A stretch of DNA of 64,000 nt. Source: an uncultured delta proteobacterium (lineage in GTDB: Bacteria; Desulfobacterota; Binatia; Binatales; Binataceae). Both the position numbers and the translations under genes were made by a program. The notes beneath the pieces are model-generated. The model was not told where the DNA came from. It ran no database searches and saw only the letters and a list, made by a program, of their open reading frames with translations. Shown in pieces: positions 58,011-64,000 of the stretch (positions within the stretch are counted from its first letter, which is position 1; each line of letters starts with the position of its first letter). The stretch covers positions 277,915 to 341,914 of the forward strand of contig CAVVMA010000015.1 of assembly GCA_963749215.1 (NCBI GenBank). The letters are read 5' to 3'.

Positions 58011-60033
58011 ATGTCGAACAAGGGTTACGGGTCTGCGGGCCGTGGGTTATCACGCGGATTGGCCGGCGTTGCGGCGCTATGCCTGTTGACCGCGTGGTCG
58101 ACAGCCGCGATGGCGACCATCACTCAGGGTGATTTTTCAGTCTTCGGCCAGTTGAGCAGCCGATGGTCCGGGCGATGGGGCGAAGGGTCTGGCCACGGCG
58201 GCACTGCCGCCCCCTACATCCCGATTCCGCCCGGACCTCGTACGGCGTATTCGCTTATTCCCGGCCAGCCGACTGCTTCCGGGTCGCCGGCCAGCAGGAC
58301 CGGCGGCAGCTTCGACTTCAATCATTGGGATCTGGTTCAGGCACGGCAGTTGGCCGACATCCGTCCGGATTACCACATCGTAAAAAACTACAATTTTCTA
58401 GGACGGTTCGACACGCTTCTGCTCGAGGACGCTGACGTGTTTGCGGTCTATATGCCGTGGTACGACGCCTTCCCGGACATCAAGCACAACGGAATCTCGC
58501 AACCCGCACGCGATTGGACCAGCTATTCAGACGAGAACAAAGTCCAGCAGTTCGAGCGCAACGACCTGCGCGAATATTATGGGCAACTCAACTTCACCGA
58601 CAGTTTCTCGGCCAGGATAGGCAAGCAGCAGGTGATCTGGAGCGAGGCCGACGCGCTATCCGGCACCAACGTCACCAACCCGACCGACCTGCGCTACCAC
58701 TGGACACATTTCGAGTCGGCCGAAGACGAACGCGTCAACCTCCGAATGATCAAGCTCAGTTACGTCTTCCCGGACTTTCTGAATACCACCAACAACGAGC
58801 TTGATGCGTTCATCATTCCGGGCGACTGGGAAGGTGGCGCCAACCTGGTCAACACGTCCGACGCGCGGAGCCCGTACGACGCCCAAGCCGCCGTCGAAGC
58901 GGGAGTTGGAACTGTAGGCTACAACCAGTATGGCCAACCCTACCGGGACCAGACACTGGCGGACGGAGACCAGTATCCCCTGCACGAGACATATAGCTCC
59001 ACGCTCGCAGCCCCGGTCTTCCTCGACGAGAAGGTTACCACGCATGTCCAAGGACTGTCGAATTCGCTCGACAACAGCGAATTCGGCGTGCGCTATTCCA
59101 CGTTGCTTCCGATTGGCAACGGCCTTCAGACCAGCCTGATCTATCTGTACGAGGCGCGCTCGGACAAACTTCAATGGTGCGCTGCCTGTAAGAACCCAGA
59201 CCCCAAGTATTACCTGAGCGCTTTTGCGCCGCCGCCCGGCAATGCGGTTGTTACGCCCGGCGAGGGTCCGCCGGGGTCTTTCGTTGGCTTCAGCGTTCCC
59301 TTCATAGCAAGGCTCGCGGGTGTTTCGCCCACCTCCTTGCTCTACGGTGCTCCGAAAAATCGCCTTCTCGGGGCGGTGGGTAACCTCTATATCAACCTGG
59401 AGGACGAGTATGTCCGGCAGAGCTACTTCGACGTTACCGGCACCTACTACGACAAGGATCTGACCGACATCGTCTATCGATACGACGCGGTCTACTCTCC
59501 CAAACAAGCGGTGAACCTGCCGGCGCATCCCCCAGAGAGGCCTTTCCCGCAAAGTTTCTTCGCAACCGGTGGGAAGCCGTACACCTCCGACGGTAGGAGC
59601 TGCCTGGACCGACTACACGCGTTGGATCGTCGCCTGCGACCGCCCGACCTACATACCGTGGCTCTCCAAGCAGCACACCTTCATAACCTTCCAGCAGACC
59701 GAGACTTGGTACCCGGACCGGCCCGACGGCGCGGTTTTTGGCTCACCCGTTTCGACAGCCAAGATACGCGAGACCAGCACCCTGTCGGTGCTCGCGTTTA
59801 CCAACTGGCTAATCAACGGCCAGTTAACCGCGACGAACATCGCGGTATGGGACTGGGATAACAACGTCGGATACGTGGAAAGCGAAAACAATTATCGCTA
59901 CTCGAGAAATATCCTGCTGGACCTCAACGCGATTTGGTATCTGGGCCGGAGCGGCCGCTATACCGACCCGTTCCTGTTCAGCCGCGACCAGCGGATAAAT
60001 GAGCTGGAGTTCCGTTTCACGTACGAGATCTGA
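58011..60033 (+). pseudogene. DUF1302-like outer-membrane beta-barrel, frameshifted near 59585 (possibly an assembly error)
   Basis: Signal peptide, LREYY, RIGKQQVIW.EAD; barrel C-terminus ELEFRFTYEI lies in ORF 59569-60033. Confidence 0.75.
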
Positions 60034-60048
60034 GACTGCGATTTCGCC

Positions 60049-60084
60049 AAGGGCGGCGCCGGCTCAGGCCGGGGCCGCCCCTTT
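60049..60084 (+). terminator. Rho-independent terminator
   Basis: AAGGGCGGC-GCCGGC / GCCGG-GGCCGCCCTT stem ending in TTTT. Confidence 0.7.
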
Positions 60085-60123
60085 TGCCCGCGATTCTTCC
60101 CGGCCCGCCGCCTGGCTGCCGCG

Positions 60124-60273
60124 ATGACTGATCAGGCCGAACTTCACTGGTATCTCATTCATACCAAGCCCCAGAAGGAACGATGGGTTGCCGACCAGCT
60201 CTCGGAGGTCGCGGCCGACGCGGCCCCTCCGATCATGCCGGTGTGCGTGTGTTGTTTGCTACCATCCGGCTGA
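60124..60273 (+). pseudogene. Truncated NusG-paralog (RfaH/UpxY-like) N-terminus
   Basis: MTDQAELHWYLIHTKPQKERWVADQL, after which similarity is lost. Confidence 0.6.
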
Positions 60274-60296
60274 CAACTCACGGGAGGTCACCGGCT

Positions 60297-60692
60297 ATGA
60301 GCGGATTCAAGGCGTTCATCCTGCGGGGCAACGTGGTGGACATGGCGGTGGGCGTAGTGATGGGTGCGGCTTTCGGCACGGTTGTGAGTGGTTTCGTCAA
60401 AGACCTGCTCACGCCGTTCATCGCGGCCGTGGTCGGCAAGCCCGACTTCTCGGCGATCGCGTTCACGATCAATGGCAGCAAGTTCCCGATCGGTGAGTTC
60501 ATCAACGCGGCGGTTTCGTTCCTGCTGATCGCGAGCGCGGTCTATTTCTTTGTTGTGCTGCCGGTGAACACTTTGGTGGCGCGCCTTCAACCGCCGGGGC
60601 CGACGACCACGAAAAAGTGCCCCGAATGCCTCAGCGATGTATCGATCGGGGCGAAACGCTGCGCGTTCTGCACGTCGCCGCTCAGCGCATGA
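60297..60692 (+). CDS. mscL: Large-conductance mechanosensitive channel with a C-terminal Zn ribbon
   Basis: FKAFILRGNVVDMAVGVVMGAAF; C-terminal CPEC..CAFC; GGGAGG RBS. Confidence 0.93.
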   Translation: MSGFKAFILRGNVVDMAVGVVMGAAFGTVVSGFVKDLLTPFIAAVVGKPDFSAIAFTINGSKFPIGEFINAAVSFLLIASAVYFFVVLPVNTLVARLQPPGPTTTKKCPECLSDVSIGAKRCAFCTSPLSA

Positions 60693-60780
60693 CGGGACCG
60701 CAAAATCCTGGACTGGATTTTCAGCGCGCAATATAAGAGGTTGGATCGAAACCGATTCTCCCGGCATCCGTAAGTTTGTG

Positions 60781-62607
60781 ATGATGGGGTTGAACCCTTC
60801 GGAACTTCGACCCGGTTGGCTCGACGGCACTCGCGGCCTGGCGGCGATGGGCATCGTCCTGCTCGCGATGCTCGCGATGATGGTTGGATCAGCGTGGAAC
60901 GAGTCGGCCACCTACGACGAGGTTTCGCACATCGGCGCCGGCTTCGCCTATATCATGCAGCGCCATTATCGGATCAACGCCGAGGCGCCGCTGCCTTTGA
61001 AAACACTCTCCGCGTTGTTCGCCGAGCTGGCCGTACATCCCGACTTTCCAGCCGCAACGACCGCGATGCGCGAGAACAACTCGTCCGAGCAGGGACGGCT
61101 CTTTCTCTACGAGTCGGGAAACGACGCCGACCGAATCGTGTTCTGGGCGCGCCTGCCGCTGATGCTGCTCGCGCTGGTGTTGGGCGCGATGCTGTTCATA
61201 TGGACGCGGCGGCTCTTCGGCCCGGATGCCGCCCTGATGACGCTGCTGCTGTTCGCGTTCTCGCCCACGTTTCTATGTCACGCGCGGCTGGTGAACAGCG
61301 ATCTCGGCGCTTCGTTCGGTTTCTTTATCGGTATCGTGGGGTTCCTGCGCTTCCTCGAACGTCCAACCCGCGCCAACGTTCTGATCGCGGGACTCGCGCT
61401 CGGAACCGCCGAGCTGTGCAAATTCTCGGCCGCCCTGCTCACGCCGCTGCTGGCGGTGCTGCTCGCGGCCTGGTTTCTCACTCTGCCGGCGGATGGGCAA
61501 CGCGGCCGCGCTGCGGTGCGGTACCTGCTCGGCTCGTGCGCCGTGGCGGCGGTCGCCGTGTCGCTGATCTGGATAGTCTATGGATGCTTCGTCTGGGGTT
61601 CCGGCGCGCCCGGACGTTACCGCAATGCCTACGTATTTCCGCTTTTGCCGCTTGCGTCCGAGCATCGCATAATCGGCAAACTCGTCCTGCCGCTCGACAT
61701 CGCATTACTCAATTCGGCGCTGACGCGGCCACTCGGGGAATGCCTGCTTGGTTTGCTGCTAGCCACCGGGCGCGTCGCGAGCGGCGACTTCGCCTACTTC
61801 TTCGGCCGGTTGACCGCCAAAGGCTCATCGCTCTACTTCCCGACTTTGTATCTATTGAAGGAGCCGCTCGCACTTCATCTTCTGACGCTGGCGGCGCTGG
61901 GTCTGGCTCTCGTGCGCGTGCCGCGATTCCTCAAGCGGCAGGCGCAACCGCTTGCGGCCCGGCTGGCTCGATGGATTCACGAGAACTTCGCGGAGTTCTC
62001 GGCGCTGACCTTCGTGATCGTCTATTGGGCCCTGGCGATCCAGGCGGGCCTCAACATCGGCGTGCGTCACGTGATGCCGACCTTTCCGTTCATCTACCTG
62101 CTGGTCTCGCGGCGGATCACGGTGTGGCTCAGAGACGACCCGGGTGCCAGGCGGATCACTCTCAGGCGCGCCGCGGTTGCCGCCGCGATGGCCGGTCTGG
62201 TTATCGGCACGACTTCGTCGTTTCCATACTTCCTGCCCTACTACAATATACTTGCCGGCGGAACGGCGAATGGCTGGAAAATAGCCATTGACTCGAACTA
62301 CGATTGGGGTCAGGACCTGGACCGGCTCCGCGAGTACGTAATCAACAAGGACATCAAGGAGATTTCACTGGACTATTTCGGGCGCGCCGACCCAGAATAT
62401 TATCTGGGTAATGCACTGGTCAAGGAGAAGCAGGACGCTGCGATCGCCCACGGATGGTTTGCGATCTCCGCCTCGACGCGGCAGATGGCGTTCGCCGAGC
62501 CGGAGCGCGGCTTCGACACCGAATGGAAGGGCGTCTACGACGAGTTGAGGGCCTACGAACCCGTCGACCGGGTCGGATACGGGATATTCATCTACCGGCT
62601 GCCGTAG
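60781..62607 (+). CDS. GT-C fold glycosyltransferase (ArnT/PMT-like, family 39/83)
   Basis: ATYDE..H, multiple TM helices, KFS, NIGVRH, DSNYDWGQDL. Confidence 0.88.
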   Translation: MMGLNPSELRPGWLDGTRGLAAMGIVLLAMLAMMVGSAWNESATYDEVSHIGAGFAYIMQRHYRINAEAPLPLKTLSALFAELAVHPDFPAATTAMRENNSSEQGRLFLYESGNDADRIVFWARLPLMLLALVLGAMLFIWTRRLFGPDAALMTLLLFAFSPTFLCHARLVNSDLGASFGFFIGIVGFLRFLERPTRANVLIAGLALGTAELCKFSAALLTPLLAVLLAAWFLTLPADGQRGRAAVRYLLGSCAVAAVAVSLIWIVYGCFVWGSGAPGRYRNAYVFPLLPLASEHRIIGKLVLPLDIALLNSALTRPLGECLLGLLLATGRVASGDFAYFFGRLTAKGSSLYFPTLYLLKEPLALHLLTLAALGLALVRVPRFLKRQAQPLAARLARWIHENFAEFSALTFVIVYWALAIQAGLNIGVRHVMPTFPFIYLLVSRRITVWLRDDPGARRITLRRAAVAAAMAGLVIGTTSSFPYFLPYYNILAGGTANGWKIAIDSNYDWGQDLDRLREYVINKDIKEISLDYFGRADPEYYLGNALVKEKQDAAIAHGWFAISASTRQMAFAEPERGFDTEWKGVYDELRAYEPVDRVGYGIFIYRLP

Positions 62608-62696
62608 TCGCCCGCGCGGTGGAGCACTCGATGCGAAATCTGCGCCGCTTGCCTCACACGCGGGCAAAGCGAGAGAGATCTCATGAAAGGCTGGCG

Positions 62697-63951
62697 CTAA
62701 CTTTCTGCCTTGTCCGGAAACAGCCCGGGCATCCAGCGCGACGCCAAAGCGGCCGGGAAGGCCAGCCGAAGCGGCGCGCGCGAGCCTTCTGATACGAGAA
62801 CGTTTTTCGCCACGAGGTCGGCAACGATGCGCCGAGCATGGCGGGCGGTTGTCCCCAACGACGGCGCCTACTTCACCACGCGGCAACTCGCCTCGATACA
62901 GCAACGCTTCGAGCACGCTTCCGGCTTTTGCCGGCAAGGCGTTTAGCCGGACTTCTTCCTCGGCCCACATGAGGATGCGGGTCCGCAATCGCTCGGGCTC
63001 CACCAATCCTTCCATGAAACTGACCTGATCGAGACAAGTCTCCAGGAAAAAACGCGCGAATTGCGCGAGCGCTTCCTCGCTCAGATGTCCCCGGCCATCG
63101 AGGTCATTGCGACGCGGAAGGTCGCACTCAGCCAGGTTCCGCTTGTAGCCCGCGACGTTGCGCGCCAGTCCGCGCGCCACCGACCAGATCGCGCCGGTGT
63201 CGAGCGCTTCCAGCAGCATCGCATGCGACATCAACCGCGCAACCCGGCCGTTGCCGTCAAGAAAAGGGTGAATCCAGACCAGGCGATGATGTGCGGCTGA
63301 CGTCGCGAGAATCGCATCGGTTTTTCCGAGATTTCCGTAGACCTGTTCGAACCGTTCCATGAAGCGCGGCAAAGCCCCTGGGCTAATCGGAATATGCCGG
63401 CCTACTTTCACATCGCGCCCGCGCAACTCGCCCGGCGTCATCTTGATGCGCTCGCCAGTATCGGGATTTTCGACCCACAACAATTCGTCGGGCAGCTTGT
63501 CGCCAAAGCGGCGATGCACCTCGCAGATGCCGACCCGCGTGGTTGCCCGACCTCGCAGCCCTCCACCATCGATCCATCGCTGGACCTCGATATGCGCCTT
63601 GGCTTCGAGCTGCAGGTTTCTTTTGCGAAGGTCCGCGCTGTAATCGTTCTTCAGGGCGCGTTCGATATCGATCGGATGGGTATCGTGGCCCTCGATCAGG
63701 TTGCTGTAATAGCAGTTCATCGAACGGACCAGATCGGCCAGCGCCGCCACGATCCCCTCGGGCAGACTCCGGCGAAAACCGGCCGAACGCGCCGCCAACT
63801 CGATCGCGAAATCCGTGAGTCCGCCTCGGAAGCGGGAGCCTTCGGGTATCAACAGCGGCTCCATCAGGCTCACGGGTTCTTTGCGGTCGGGAATAAGGCC
63901 TTTGCCGTCCGCTCCAATGTCCGCTTCTATGTCCGCATCAGTCTTGGCCAT
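62697..63951 (-). pseudogene. Fic family protein, frameshifted near 62845 in the last ~50 codons
   Basis: MNCYYSNLIEG and the Fic motif HPFLDGNGRVAR; the natural C-terminus (LRLAFPAALASRWMPGLFP) is in another frame ending TAG at 62697. Confidence 0.85.
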
Positions 63952-64000
63952 CTCTCTAATAATAGCGTAGCTTCCTGCTGATGTGAACCCTTGATTGCTC

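Noticed and set aside
62365-62696. Apparent long C-terminal extension of Fic overlapping the GT-C gene
   Set aside because: Artefact of the frameshift near 62845; the family-like C-terminus ends at 62697.
1-64000. CRISPR array, rRNA or reverse-transcriptase system
   Set aside because: No regularly spaced repeat-spacer array, rRNA-like sequence, cas gene or RT motif was seen by eye.

Overview
GC-rich bacterial window. The DUF1302 porin, SDR/hydrolase set and overall gene style suggest a Candidatus Binatia-like soil organism (inference only). (1) 1-17.6 kb: a low-oxygen/stress-type cluster (glgP, hemerythrin-like protein, lone receiver, Prs, BCAM0308-like protein, heme-copper oxidase operon, CoA-transferase, cytochrome c, APH-AAA kinase, AMP/thymidine phosphorylase) with four sigma54-type -24/-12 motifs. 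The oxidase lacks the K-channel Thr/Lys. A three-gene methyltransferase-DUF262-HEPN candidate defence cassette interrupts the cluster. (2) 17.9-41.2 kb: a Wzx/Wzy exopolysaccharide locus with a 1,359-aa flippase-NTase-kinase-kinase fusion. (3) 41.4-46.2 kb: metabolic genes and gene remnants. (4) 46.4-53.9 kb: tRNA-Sec (selC) carrying a 7.4-kb integrated element with a 35-bp att repeat, matching arm sites, a tyrosine integrase, an HUH rolling-circle Rep and no recognisable virion or conjugation genes. Nested in it is an 817-bp transposase-less cassette (18-bp TIRs, 8-bp TSD) carrying a GIY-YIG gene behind a structured leader. (5) 54-64 kb: housekeeping and envelope genes. Five genes are frameshifted, possibly by assembly indels. 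All calls come from reading motifs by eye; no database searches were run.
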